Positions 50,096 to 64,000 of a DNA stretch of 64,000 nt are shown one piece after another. A program made the translations under genes and the position numbers. Numbering within the stretch: the stretch's first letter is position 1; the number at the start of each line of letters is the position of its first letter. This DNA comes from an uncultured Chloroflexia bacterium. GTDB lineage: Bacteria > Chloroflexota > Limnocylindria > Limnocylindrales > CSP1-4. The notes beneath the pieces are model-generated. The model was not told where the DNA came from. It saw only the letters and a program-made list of their open reading frames with translations, and ran no database searches. The DNA lies in NCBI GenBank assembly GCA_963763775.1, contig CAVXPZ010000004.1, positions 416,001-480,000 on the forward strand, written 5' to 3'.

Positions 50096-50725
50096 GCCCA
50101 GCTCGGGCGCGCCGGGACCTCGTCGAGCTCGTCGATGCGCACGAAGACCGCGCCGGCGTCGCGGAGTCGGGCCACCGTGGCCGGCACCGCAGCGAGCGTG
50201 CCTCGGGGCCAGCTGTGGAGCAGGACCACGGCGCCGTCACCACGGGCCTCGACCCCGGCGAGCACGTCGGCCGTGATCATCGCGCCGGTCCGCGTCCGGT
50301 TCCCAGTCTTCCGCGGCCACGTCCCAGCCGACATGCCGGTACCCGTCGGACGTCGCCGCGGCCAGCACGCGTGGGTCGTCCCAGCCCGCCCCGAACGGGC
50401 AGCGGAACCACGGTCGCGGGTCCACGCCGGTCGAGTCCAGGATGATCCGGCCGGCCTCGGCGATGTCCTCGGCCAGACCGGCGTCCGTCAGGAGCGGCAT
50501 GCGGGCATGGTAGTGCGAGTGATTGCCCACCAGGTGACCGGCCGTCGCGATCGCCCGTGCCGTGGCGGGATAGGCTTCGGCCCAGCGCCCCTGGACGAAG
50601 AACGTGGCTCGGACGCCGGCGCTCGCCAGCGTCTCGAGCAGTCGCTCGGTCACGCCCGCCTCGCTCGGTCGATCGGGGTGCTCCGCATCGAACGTCAGCG
50701 CGACCCGCAGGCGATCGCCGCTCAC
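50092..50725 (-). CDS. Polysaccharide deacetylase, CE4/NodB family (frameshift near 50300)
   Basis: VALTFDAE, ATFF, GNHSHYH, FRCPFG, DW and VVLLH. Confidence 0.85.
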
Positions 50726-51831
50726 TTGTCGATCCCGGTGACGACGAGACCTCGGGTGAAGAACCGCTGGGCGAGGATGAACGCCACCACGGGGACGATC
50801 AGAGTCATCAGGGTTCCCGCCTGGATCAGGCCTGGCTCGCGGTAGTGGATCCCGTCGAACCGCTGGAGACCGAGGGCGAGCGTCTGGATCTGGGTGTTGC
50901 CGGCCGTATAGATGAGCGGGCCGAAGAAGTCGTTCCACGAATACACGAGGTGGAAGACCGCCACGGCGATGATCACCGGGATCGACTGCGGCAGGATGAC
51001 CGACCACAGCGTCCGGAACGGACCTGCGCCGTCGATCGCGGCCGCCTCGTCCATCTCGAGCGGGATCGTCATGAAGTACTGGCGCATCAGGAACACGTCG
51101 AAGGCGTTCGCGAAGAAGGTCGGCACGAGCAGCGGGAGCCAGGTGCCGACCCAGCCGAGCTTCAGGAAGATCGTATAGGTCGGGATGATGGTCACGGCCG
51201 TGGGCAGGAAGATCGTCGCGATCAGGATCGTGAAGAGCAAGCCTCGACCGGGGAACTGGAACCGGGCGAACCCGTAGGCGACGAGGGTGCATGAAAGCAG
51301 GGTCCCGATCGTCGAGATGAGGGCGATCGCGGCCGTGTTGAACAGCAGCCGCGGATAGTCGATCAGGTTCCAGACCTTGCCGAAGTTCTCCCAGTGCGGG
51401 GCGAACTTCCAGGTCTGCTCGAGCGTCCGCCACGACCCCACCCAGGTGATGGGTGCCAGGTCGGGTGCCGCCGGATCGATGAACGTGCTCTGCTTGCGGC
51501 CGGGCTCGAAGAGCGCCATCTCCCGCGTGGTCCCGTCGATCGGCACCAACAGGATCGGCAGCTCCTTGCCCTGGTACGGGAACGTGACCGGATCGGCTGG
51601 GAAGAGCGGGGTACCGGCCTGGGTGATCTGGTCCGTGCTCTTGATGGCATAGGTGAAGGATCGAAGCAGCGGCGACAGGAACGCGGCAAGGAACAGGACC
51701 GCGATCAAGGTCAACAGGAACGTCTTCGGACGGTCACCACGCTGACGCGGCGGCCGACTCTCGGTCGCCGCGGCGCGCGTACGACCGAACCATCGAGACC
51801 GTCTGGCGACGCTGGGAACCTCGGCGGTCAC
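50722..51831 (-). CDS. Carbohydrate ABC transporter permease
   Basis: EAAAIDGA and WNDFFGPLIY. Confidence 0.93.
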   Translation of the reverse strand: MTAEVPSVARRSRWFGRTRAAATESRPPRQRGDRPKTFLLTLIAVLFLAAFLSPLLRSFTYAIKSTDQITQAGTPLFPADPVTFPYQGKELPILLVPIDGTTREMALFEPGRKQSTFIDPAAPDLAPITWVGSWRTLEQTWKFAPHWENFGKVWNLIDYPRLLFNTAAIALISTIGTLLSCTLVAYGFARFQFPGRGLLFTILIATIFLPTAVTIIPTYTIFLKLGWVGTWLPLLVPTFFANAFDVFLMRQYFMTIPLEMDEAAAIDGAGPFRTLWSVILPQSIPVIIAVAVFHLVYSWNDFFGPLIYTAGNTQIQTLALGLQRFDGIHYREPGLIQAGTLMTLIVPVVAFILAQRFFTRGLVVTGIDK

Positions 51832-51844
51832 CGACGGACCGCTG

Positions 51845-52793
51845 TCATCGGTTGTCGCCGGCGTAGTAGACCCAGCGACGGGCCCCAGCGAAGAGGAGCA
51901 ACGTGATCGCGAGCGTGATCACGAAGAGGAGCCAGCCCATGGTGGCGCCGTAGGACATGTTCTGGAACGTGAAGAAGTTCTTGTAGAGGTAGAGGTTGAA
52001 GAAGTTGGTCGAGCCGGCCGGCTCACCTGTCCCGTTCTTGAGCACCAGCGGTACGAGAAAGTACTGGAGGACCTCCACGGTCGCGAGGACGATCGTGTAG
52101 AAGATCACCGGCGAGAGCATCGGGATCGTGATGTGGCGGATCTGCGCGAAGGACCCCGCCCCGTCGATCCGAGCCGCGTCGTAGAGCTCGGACGGGATGC
52201 CCTTGAGGCCCGCGAGATAGACGATCATCCCGGCGCCGATCCCCCAGATCCCCATCAGCACGAGCCCCGGGTAGATCCACGCCGGATCCTCCAGCCAGGC
52301 CGGCGGATGCGCGACGCCGACGAATTGGAGCGCGCCGTTGATCCAGCCGCTGTCGGGGTTCAGCATGCTGCGCCAGATGAAGACCCCGGCCACGAATGGG
52401 ACCACGTACGGCAGGTAGAACAGGATCCGGAAGCCACTCGAGCCCCGCAGATGCCGGGAGTGCAGCATCAGGGCGATGAGCAGGGGCAGGATCGACCGCG
52501 ACCGGAAGTGCCAGTGCCGCGTACTTGAAGGTGACGGCCAGGGACTCCCACATCTGCTGGTCGCCGAGGAGCGTCTGGTAGTTCTTGAGGCCGACGAACT
52601 GGAGCGGTTCCGCCTGCGCGAGATTGATGTTCGTGAAGGTGAACGCGAGCGTCGCGATCATCGGGAAGAGCGTGAACAGGAAGAACCCGATGAGCCACGG
52701 CGCGATGAAGACGTAGCCCCAGCGCGCCCGACGCCACGCCAGACCCGACATCCGGGTGCGGCGGCGGGCGCGGGGCGCGCTGAGGGTCGTCAC
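51845..52793 (-). CDS. Sugar ABC transporter permease (frameshift near 52497)
   Basis: FVGLKNY, YDAARIDGA and ITIPMLSPVIFY. Confidence 0.9.
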
Positions 52794-52797
52794 CGGT

Positions 52798-54320
52798 TCA
52801 GGACGCCTTGTCCCAGATGGCCTGCATCTGGACGCGCATGTCCTCGATCTCCTTGTCGAGGTCGAGGCCGGGCGTCGATTGCCACTTCTGGGAGAACTTC
52901 TGGATCAGGTCGAAGGTCTCGTTGTAGGCCGGCGTGTAGGACTCGAAGTTCGGCACGTCGGCGAACTGGACGGCGTCCTTGGCCACCTTCCAGTCGATCG
53001 GCTGGGTGTAGTCGGCCTGGAGCGACTGCAGGAACGCATCCTGCTTGGCTTCGACCGCCGGCATCCCGCCGTACAGCTTGAGGAGATCCTCGTTCTGGAG
53101 CAGGTAGGTCAGGACCGTGAACGCTGCGTCCTGGTCCTTGCAGTCCTTGAGGATGCGGAACGTGTCGGCATTGAACGCCGCGGTCGTCTGCCCCTGGTAG
53201 GACGGCGTGGCCGCCATGTTCCAGTCGTCGCCGGCGTCCTTGACGCCGTACTTGGACCACAGGTAGTTGGTGCTCATCGCGACCTTGCCGGTGAAGAAGG
53301 GATACCCACCGGGGTTGAAGTCGGTGTTCTGGAACTTGGCATAGTCGACGGCCGTGTGATCGGTCCAGATGGAGTCGTAGAAGGCGTGCCACGCGGCCTT
53401 CCAGGCATCCGGGATCACGACGGTCTTGCCGTCGGGCGCCGACGAAGGAACCGGCCTTCCAGTACGCACCGGTCTGTCGAAGGTCATCGCGCTGCGGCTC
53501 GAAGCCCCACTGGACCACGTTGGTCGGATCGAAGCCGGCCTCGGTCGCGTCCTTGCCGTTCTTGTCTACCGTCAGGAGCAGGGCCAGCTTCCGGATCGGT
53601 GTCGTAGTCCCAGGGGACGACCGAACCGTCCGGCATCGTGTACTTGCTGTTGAAGGTATGGGGCGGTTCGTTGAGACCGGCTTCCTTGAAGAGGCCGGAC
53701 TTGTACCAGAGGACGGATGGGTAGATGGCATACGGGATCCCGACCTGTCCCTCGCCGCCGACGTTGTAGAGCTCGACCGTCGACTTCGGGTACTGGGTCA
53801 TGTCGTAGTGGTTCTTGTCGATGAGCGGCTGCAGGTCGAGCCACTGGTTGTGGAACGAATTCGCGCCGCCGATGCCGATCGGACCGACGATGCATGGAGC
53901 GTTGCCGGCGCCGATCTGCACGGCCAGTCCGTCACGCGCCGCGGCGTAGACGTAGCCCTCGAACCCGAGGTGGATGCCCGGGTGCGACGCATTGAAGTCA
54001 TCGGCGACCTTCTGTTCGACGACGACCTGGTCGGGTGAGTCGCCGGTGCCAAGGCAGCAGAACCAGCGGACGTCGATGTCGCCGGGCTTGGCGGTCGATG
54101 TGTTGGCGGGCAGCGGCGTCGGGACCGGGGTGGCCGAGGGCGTGGCGCTGTCGGCCGAAGCCTCGGCACTGGCCGAGGCCTCCGCTGCGGCAGACGCGGA
54201 TGGCGCCGCCGACGCGGCATCGGCCGAGGCCGCCGGCGAACCGGTCGATGATGAGCATGCGGACAGGATCAGCGCGAATGATGCGAACAGGACGCCGAAA
54301 CGTCCGAACCTTCGATCCAT
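52798..54320 (-). CDS. Sugar ABC substrate-binding lipoprotein (frameshifts near 53440-53600)
   Basis: Lipobox LSAC, Ala/Ser linker, FNASHP, LDLQPLID and LWYKSGLFKEAG; C-terminus in another frame. Confidence 0.85.
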
Positions 54321-54339
54321 GATGTTCCTCCGTGTCCGT

Positions 54340-55152
54340 CTACCGGGTGACCAGGCGAGTGGCGATGGCATGCGATTGCTCCTCCTCCTCGTGCGCCGCA
54401 CCCTCCCAGTGCGGCCGCACCACCACCCGCTCCACGTAGTAGCGGGTCCGATCGCCACGCACGAACGTCCGGCCGAACTCGACCGGTGTGCCGTCCGCGG
54501 TGGAAGCGATACCTTCGATGAGCAGCGCCGGCGACCCCGGCTTCCGGCCCAGCAATCGCGCCTCCCGGGCGCGGAGCAGGACCGGCTCCATGAGCTCACG
54601 GGCCTTCGCGACCCGCACGTCATAGCGCTCGGTGAGCAGGTCGTAGAGCGAACCGTGCTCGAGGTCCGAGGCGAGCAATCCGGGGAACCGCTCCGCGGGC
54701 AGGTGGACCTGCTCGAGGAGCAGCGGCTCGCCGCCGGCGACGCGGAGCCGCTCCAGGTACAACGTCGGCGACCCGAGCTCGAGACCGAGGGCGTTGGCGA
54801 CGGCCTCGCCGGCCGACTCGGGACGCGAGGCCAACAACCGCGTCTCGGGATCCAGGCCGCGGAGCTGCATCTCCTCGGTGAAGGAGAGCTCACCCGCGAA
54901 GTCGCGGTCGATCCGCGGATGGAGGACGAAGGTCCCCCGCCCACGGGTCCGCTCCAGTCGCTGCTCGCGGACGAGCTCGCTCAGCGCCCGGCGGATCGTG
55001 ATGAGGCTGCAGCCGTAGCGGGACGCGAGGTCGCGTTCGGTGGGCAACCGGTCGCCGGGGCGCCATTCACCGGCATCCAGGGCCGCCGTCAGGTCGAGGT
55101 AGACCTGATGATGCAGCGGGATCGGGCCGAGCTCGAGTCGGAAGCGGGCCAT
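54340..55152 (-). CDS. GntR/HutC family regulator with UTRA domain
   Basis: LPTERDLASRYGCSLITIRRAL..GRGTFV plus UTRA. Confidence 0.94.
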   Translation of the reverse strand: MARFRLELGPIPLHHQVYLDLTAALDAGEWRPGDRLPTERDLASRYGCSLITIRRALSELVREQRLERTRGRGTFVLHPRIDRDFAGELSFTEEMQLRGLDPETRLLASRPESAGEAVANALGLELGSPTLYLERLRVAGGEPLLLEQVHLPAERFPGLLASDLEHGSLYDLLTERYDVRVAKARELMEPVLLRAREARLLGRKPGSPALLIEGIASTADGTPVEFGRTFVRGDRTRYYVERVVVRPHWEGAAHEEEEQSHAIATRLVTR

Positions 55153-55210
55153 CGGGCGGGGCGAGCCTCGTGCGACGGGACGGGGATTTCCGGGTCTTGT
55201 GCGCGCGGCG

Positions 55211-55234
55211 ATTGCTGATAACGTTATAAGCAAT
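55211..55234. promoter_or_regulatory. Near-perfect 24-bp palindrome, candidate GntR operator
   Basis: ATTGCTGATAACGTTATAAGCAAT, an AT-rich island between divergent genes; adjacent to minus-strand TTGACA (55237-55242). Confidence 0.7.
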
Positions 55235-55276
55235 GGTGTCAAGCCCCGTGGGTGGCACGAGGAGCGAGGAAGGCAC

Positions 55277-56545
55277 ATGGGTCTGAAGGTCGCCGTGGTC
55301 GGCGGCGGGAGCACCTACACCCCCGAGCTGGTCGAGGGCTTCGAGGCCCGCCGCGACCGGATGCCGATCGACGAGCTGGTCCTGCTCGACATCGACGCCG
55401 AGCGGCTCGCGATCGTCGGCGGCCTTGCCCAGCGGATGCTGGACCGGCTCGACTGGACCGGCCGTCTGACCCTGACCGACGATCGCGACGCGGCGATCGA
55501 CGGCGCGGACTTCGTCCTCATCCAGCTTCGCGTCGGCGGTCAGGCCGCCCGCCTCGTCGACGAGACGCTCCCCCCGACCTTCGGCGTCATCGGGCAGGAG
55601 ACGACGGGAGCCGGCGGCTTCGCGAAAGCGCTGCGGACCGTCCCGCTCGTCCTGGACCTCGCCGAGATCACCGCGCGGCGTGGCGCGAAGGACGCCTGGA
55701 TCGTGGACTTCACGAATCCGGTCGGCATCGTCAGCCAGGCCCTGCTCGACGCCGGACACCGGGCGATCGGCCTGTGCAACGTGGCCATCAACATCCAGCG
55801 CAGCCTGGCCGAGCGGTTCGAGGTCACGCCCGACCGCGTCGAGTTGGAGCACGTCGGCCTGAACCACCTGAGCTGGGAGCGGGCCGTCCGGGTGGATGGC
55901 GTCGATCGCCTGCCGGGGCTCATCGCGGACGACGCCGCGTCGCTCGCCGAGCACGTCGGCCTGCCCGCCGAGCTGATCCGCAGCCTCGGCGCCATCCCGT
56001 CCTACTACCTGCACTACTACTACCAGACTCGCCAGGTGGTCGAGGACCAGCGGTCCGGCGGCACACGGGCGCAGGAGGTCATCGACATCGAGCACGAGCT
56101 GCTCGAGATGTATCGCGATCAGGGGCTCGCCGAGAAGCCGGCGCTGCTCGCGAGCCGGGGCGGTGCCTACTACAGCGAGGCGGCCGCGCAGCTCATCGCC
56201 TCGCTCCACGACGGCGCCGGCGATGTCCAGGTCGTCGACGTCCGGAACGACGGCGCGATCCCCGACCTGCCGGACGACGCGGTGGTCGAGATCCCGGCGC
56301 GCATCGACCGCGATGGCGCGCATCCCCTCCCGCTCGGCCCGCTCGCGCCCGAGATGCGCGGGCTCGTCCAGGCGGTGAAGGCCTACGAGAACCTGGCGAT
56401 CGAGGCGGCGCTGAGCGGCGATCGCGACGTCGCGCTTCGGGCGCTGCTCGCCAATCCGCTGGTCGCCGACTACGACGTCGCGGCGCCACTTCTCGACGCC
56501 TTGCTCGAGGCGAACCGGGCGCACCTGCCGCGGTTCTTCCGCTAG
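55277..56545 (+). CDS. Glycoside hydrolase family 4 (6-phospho-beta-glucosidase-like)
   Basis: VGGGSTYTPE, GQETTGAGG, FTNP, GLCN and GLNH. Confidence 0.94.
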   Translation: MGLKVAVVGGGSTYTPELVEGFEARRDRMPIDELVLLDIDAERLAIVGGLAQRMLDRLDWTGRLTLTDDRDAAIDGADFVLIQLRVGGQAARLVDETLPPTFGVIGQETTGAGGFAKALRTVPLVLDLAEITARRGAKDAWIVDFTNPVGIVSQALLDAGHRAIGLCNVAINIQRSLAERFEVTPDRVELEHVGLNHLSWERAVRVDGVDRLPGLIADDAASLAEHVGLPAELIRSLGAIPSYYLHYYYQTRQVVEDQRSGGTRAQEVIDIEHELLEMYRDQGLAEKPALLASRGGAYYSEAAAQLIASLHDGAGDVQVVDVRNDGAIPDLPDDAVVEIPARIDRDGAHPLPLGPLAPEMRGLVQAVKAYENLAIEAALSGDRDVALRALLANPLVADYDVAAPLLDALLEANRAHLPRFFR

Positions 56546-57843
56546 GGCAGCGGCCCGCTCGCGACGGTCAGGACGCGCTCCCACGCGTGTCCGGAGGGTC
56601 CCTCGCGAACCCAGGCGACGACGAGGGTCGAGCCCACGAGCACCGCGCCCAACGGGACGGGACACGTCGGTGCGGTCGATCGAACGCCCGCCGGTCGCCA
56701 GGTCGCTCACGCCGGCCACGCGAAGGCCCGTGGTCCTGCACCCCACCTGGCACGCCTGCCAGACGATGACCGTGGCCGCCGGCGACGTCGCCAGGGACAT
56801 GTCGCCGGCACCCGGCCCGTCCCAGCGGCCGGCCTCCGACCAGGTCTCCGCCCGGTCGTCCGAGGTGGACACGATGACGTGCGCCTGCGGTCCGATGCGG
56901 GTGGCCACAGCCGAGACCACCTGCGCCCCGTCGGAGGCGAGCCGCGGGGCCGCCCAGACCGGGTGGTCGACGTACGCGGTGCCATGGCTCGTGACGTGGT
57001 CCTGCGTCACCTTGACCGAGATGTGGTCCACCCCGTGGGTCGCGAACACCGCCTGCGGGCCGACGGCCGTCGCGGCGAGGCCGCCGTCACGGAACGGATC
57101 GTCGGTATACAGCTCGCGAGCCGTCGCGTACTGGAAGGCGGGTTCCCCGACGGCCGCACCTGACGCATCGAGGGGCTGGACCAGGATGTCGCCGGTCTGC
57201 CCATCCGTGTACGCCACGAACCGCTGGTCCGGCGTCATCACGAGGGCCGGCACGCCGACCTCGCCGATGTCGTCGCCGGTCACCCGCACGGGCTCGTCCC
57301 AGGTCACGCCCCGATCGCGAGAGCGGCGGAGCATCAGCCGCTGGGTCGCCACTTGCGGGCCGCGCTGCGCCCAGGCGGCCCACAGGGTGCCGTCGGGCTC
57401 GATGGCCAGCGCGTGGCGTGCGGCGTCCGGATCCTCGGACGCCGAGACCCGGACCGGATCGCTCCACGACGACGCCGGCGTCATCGGACCAGCGGACTCG
57501 CAGCACGCCCCAGAAACCCTGGATGTCCTCGCGGGTCATCAGGAAGACGCGCGACCCGTCGCTCACGAGGTTGCCGTCCCAGGTGTCACCCGTGATGTAG
57601 GTCGTGGCCGCCGGCGTCCATCGGTCGGGCGAGGCGTCCACGCCGGTCGCCGGCCCGTAGCCACCCGAGGTGCCGCCCGCCGCCGGGTCGATGCGGCCGG
57701 TCAGGAGGCCGGTCACCAGGACCGTGATCGCCACGACCACGACGATCGTGGCGATCGGCCGCCGCGGCCCGGGTCGGGACGTCAGCTCGCTCGGCGGCGG
57801 CGCGGGCGTCCGTCCAGTCGACGAGCGGGCGTTCTTCGGTCAT
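56542..57843 (-). CDS. Membrane-anchored BNR/Asp-box (sialidase-like) protein, several frameshifts
   Basis: N-terminal TM helix; Asp-box-like motifs WSDDAG..W, SRDRGVTW and TSDDRAETW; C-terminus LVVAWVREG...SGPLP in another frame. Confidence 0.6.
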
Positions 57844-57922
57844 GCCCGCAGAGTCGCGACGCGGCGGCTGGTCGTCCATGGGCCATCGGTCCGGGTCTCC
57901 CGGCCGGTCGGGGCGGCCCCGG

Positions 57923-58870
57923 TCAGGTGCCCGCGAGCCGCTCCACGACCGGCGCCAGCTCGTCGACGCCGCCGACCATGATCGAGGTGATGCCGAGCCG
58001 CTCGCGGAGCGACTCGAACTTCTCGACGAACCGGTCGATCGATCCGATGAACAGGTGCGGCGAATCGAGCACCTCCGCCTCGGTCAGCTCGATGCCGGTC
58101 CGGCCCTTGAGGTAGTCGATGACGGCCCGTGCCTCGGCGCCGACGTCGTCGGTCACCGTGACCGGCCACGCCGACGGGTAGATGTTGAAGATGAGGTCGT
58201 CGAACCGCTCGCCGGCGGCCTCGCGGACCCAGGCGATCTTCTCGGCCGTCGCCTCGAAGGTGATGCTCCGCGGATCCGACCGCTGCTCCCCGAGGATCCG
58301 CGGCGCGAGCCCGACGATGTCCGCCTCGCGGGCGGCCAGTTCGAGCGTCCGACGGCCGCCACCGCCGATGAAGAAGGGCGGGTGCGGGCGCTGGACCGGC
58401 TTGGGCCCGGCGTCGTAGTCGGTGATCGTGTAGTGCTCGCCGGCGAAGCTGAACGGCCCGTCGGCGAAGCAGCCTTTGAGCACCGCGATGGCCTCGGCGA
58501 GACGGGCGCCGCGCGTCGCGACGGCCTCGAACGGCAGGCCGATCGCCGCGTACTCCGGCTGGTTCCAGCCGGACCCCATCGCGATGTCGAGCCGGCCCTC
58601 CGACAGGACGTCGAGGCTCGCGAGGTCCTGGGCAAGGACCGCCGGGTGCCGCAGGTCGTTGTTCAGGACGAACGTGCCGATCCGGAGCGTCGTCGTCGCT
58701 GCGGCGATCGTCGCCATGGCCGGGACGGGTGAGAGCTGCGGGATCAGGTGATCCGGGATGACCAGGGCGTGGAACCCCATCGACTCGGCGCGACGCGCCA
58801 GCTCGGCCAGCTCGCGTCCGGGCATCGGATCGCGGGCGTCGGCCAGGAACGTGAAGGGACGCATCGTCAT
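57923..58870 (-). CDS. LLM class (probably F420-dependent) oxidoreductase
   Basis: PDHL, RHPAVLA, LDVLSEGRL and PKPVQRPHPP. Confidence 0.92.
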   Translation of the reverse strand: MTMRPFTFLADARDPMPGRELAELARRAESMGFHALVIPDHLIPQLSPVPAMATIAAATTTLRIGTFVLNNDLRHPAVLAQDLASLDVLSEGRLDIAMGSGWNQPEYAAIGLPFEAVATRGARLAEAIAVLKGCFADGPFSFAGEHYTITDYDAGPKPVQRPHPPFFIGGGGRRTLELAAREADIVGLAPRILGEQRSDPRSITFEATAEKIAWVREAAGERFDDLIFNIYPSAWPVTVTDDVGAEARAVIDYLKGRTGIELTEAEVLDSPHLFIGSIDRFVEKFESLRERLGITSIMVGGVDELAPVVERLAGT

Positions 58871-58929
58871 CGACCGATCGTGCCACATCGCATCGGGACG
58901 CGAGTCGGCTGGATGCCTAGACTCCCCGC

Positions 58930-59331
58930 ATGGAGTGGTTCGCCGGGTTCGCGGTCGCGGTCGTCGCGGTCCTGCTCGTCGGGGTGCGGCACGTCGGCGC
59001 CCGCCGCGTCGCCGCGGGCGATCAGCGCGCCGTGTGGCTGGTGTTTGCGCCGACGATCTTCTTCGCCTTCGTGTTCCTGTTCGCTGGCCTCCTCGTGACG
59101 GTCCGCAGCGGGCCGATCGGCCTCTTCATGGTCGGGCTGGGGGTGGTGTCCCTGGTCCTGCTGATCCGGATGGCGCGCGCCACGGCCAAGGCGCCGACCG
59201 GTCCCGATGGCGTCGACATCGACATCGGCGACGGGCCGTGGATCGACTACATCGTTTGGGGAGCGCTGCTCGTCCCGCTCCTGATCGGCGTCGCGCTGGT
59301 GATCGCGGTGATCATCGACCGTCTGAGCTGA
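58930..59331 (+). CDS. Hypothetical membrane protein
   Basis: 133 aa with four hydrophobic helices; TAGACT 6 nt before the ATG. Confidence 0.7.
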   Translation: MEWFAGFAVAVVAVLLVGVRHVGARRVAAGDQRAVWLVFAPTIFFAFVFLFAGLLVTVRSGPIGLFMVGLGVVSLVLLIRMARATAKAPTGPDGVDIDIGDGPWIDYIVWGALLVPLLIGVALVIAVIIDRLS

Positions 59332-59899
59332 CCGCGTCCCATCGTTCGCGGTCAAGCCGGTAGAGCACGTGCGGCCGCAGCGGGTCGCCGGGGTCGAGCC
59401 GCGGGTGGTCGAAGTCGTCGGCCGGGTCGTGGGTCATGCCGATCCGCTCCATGACGCGGCGCGACGGGGCATTGGCGACGGTCGTCCACGACAGGATCTC
59501 GTCCAGGCCCGCCACGGCGAACGCGTGGTCCCGCACGGCGACCGCACCCTCGGTCGCATAGCCGTGACCCCAGGCCTCGCGGGCCAGGCGCCAGCCGATC
59601 TCGACGCAGGGCGTGAACGCCATCTCGAACGTCGGCCGGGCGAGCCCGACGAACCCGATGAAGGTCTCGTCCTCGAGGCGTTCCACCGCCCACAGCCCGA
59701 ACCCGTCCCGATCGAACGAGGCCTCGGCTTTGTCGATGATCAGGTCGCTCGTCGCGCGGTCCGGACGGCTCGGGAAGTAGCGCATGACCTCCGGGTCGGC
59801 GTTCAGCGCGGCGAATGGTGCCCGGTCCGCCGCGCGCCATCGGCGCAGCACCAGTCGCTCCGTGCGGAGCTCCGGGCCAGGACCCGGCGTCGCGACCAC
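59312..59899 (-). CDS. RimJ/RimL-type GNAT N-acetyltransferase
   Basis: TERLVLR, EIGWRL..WGHGYATE and NAPSRRVMERIGM. Confidence 0.92.
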   Translation of the reverse strand: MVATPGPGPELRTERLVLRRWRAADRAPFAALNADPEVMRYFPSRPDRATSDLIIDKAEASFDRDGFGLWAVERLEDETFIGFVGLARPTFEMAFTPCVEIGWRLAREAWGHGYATEGAVAVRDHAFAVAGLDEILSWTTVANAPSRRVMERIGMTHDPADDFDHPRLDPGDPLRPHVLYRLDRERWDAVSSDGR

Positions 59900-59904
59900 G
59901 GGCC

Positions 59905-63724
<3,820 letters not shown>

Positions 63725-63732
<8 letters not shown>

Positions 63733-64000
63733 CGGGCGCGTCCTTCCGGAGGACCCGCCGCCAGCCGGTCTTCGTCCGCCGTACGCCGGCGGCGTCGGGT
63801 GGCCCGTCGACCTCGCCCGGGGCGGCCAGGCGCTCGGTGTCGGCCGGGCGCAGCGCGAACGTGTTGAAGCGGTTGGCTGCCTTGCTGGTGCCGTCCCGCG
63901 CCCAGGCCTCCACCGCCTCGGCCGCCGCATCGAGCAGCTCGTCGAGCCGTTGCTGCTCGTCGGGTGCGAACTTGCTCAGGACATGATCGGTCGCCGTTCG
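63725..64000 (-). CDS. pth: Peptidyl-tRNA hydrolase, C-terminal part
   Basis: Manual translation: DHVLSKFAPDEQQRLDELLDAAAEAVEAW..G..KAANRFN; the usual pth-mfd synteny. Confidence 0.85.

Overview
Very GC-rich bacterial chromosomal segment, densely coding with about 64 genes. The gene content resembles Chloroflexota, but this is an inference. No rRNA, tRNA, CRISPR array, IS element or prophage was seen. Many single-base indels split otherwise intact genes (thrC, surE, mfd, the pot operon, ABC systems); these are most likely long-read consensus errors. Contents in order: an ask-birA-ECF sigma/anti-sigma-accDA-accB-like-accC operon; hom-thrC-thrB; trpS-AI-2E transporter-surE; dps; a divergent aminotransferase/arginase-family pair; a cobalamin-riboswitch-controlled Btu-like ABC transporter; a four-gene secreted/lipoprotein operon with a DExxH variant metzincin; manC-manB-cupin; a CDF exporter; an XRE-regulated polyamine-type ABC operon; an apt-mtnA-GNAT-ahcY-S9 peptidase-antiporter-metK SAM-cycle cluster; a GntR-controlled ABC/deacetylase/kinase/GH4 amino-sugar locus; and pth-mfd. 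The most notable signal is the acc-operon biotin carrier homolog, which lacks the biotin-accepting lysine (DMLG in place of EAMK). It resembles the non-biotinylated plant BADC regulators and is co-transcribed with an ECF sigma pair and BirA. Also notable are pervasive leaderless-type promoters, an MtnA with a twin-arginine-like extension, and a remodelled TrpRS Cys cluster.
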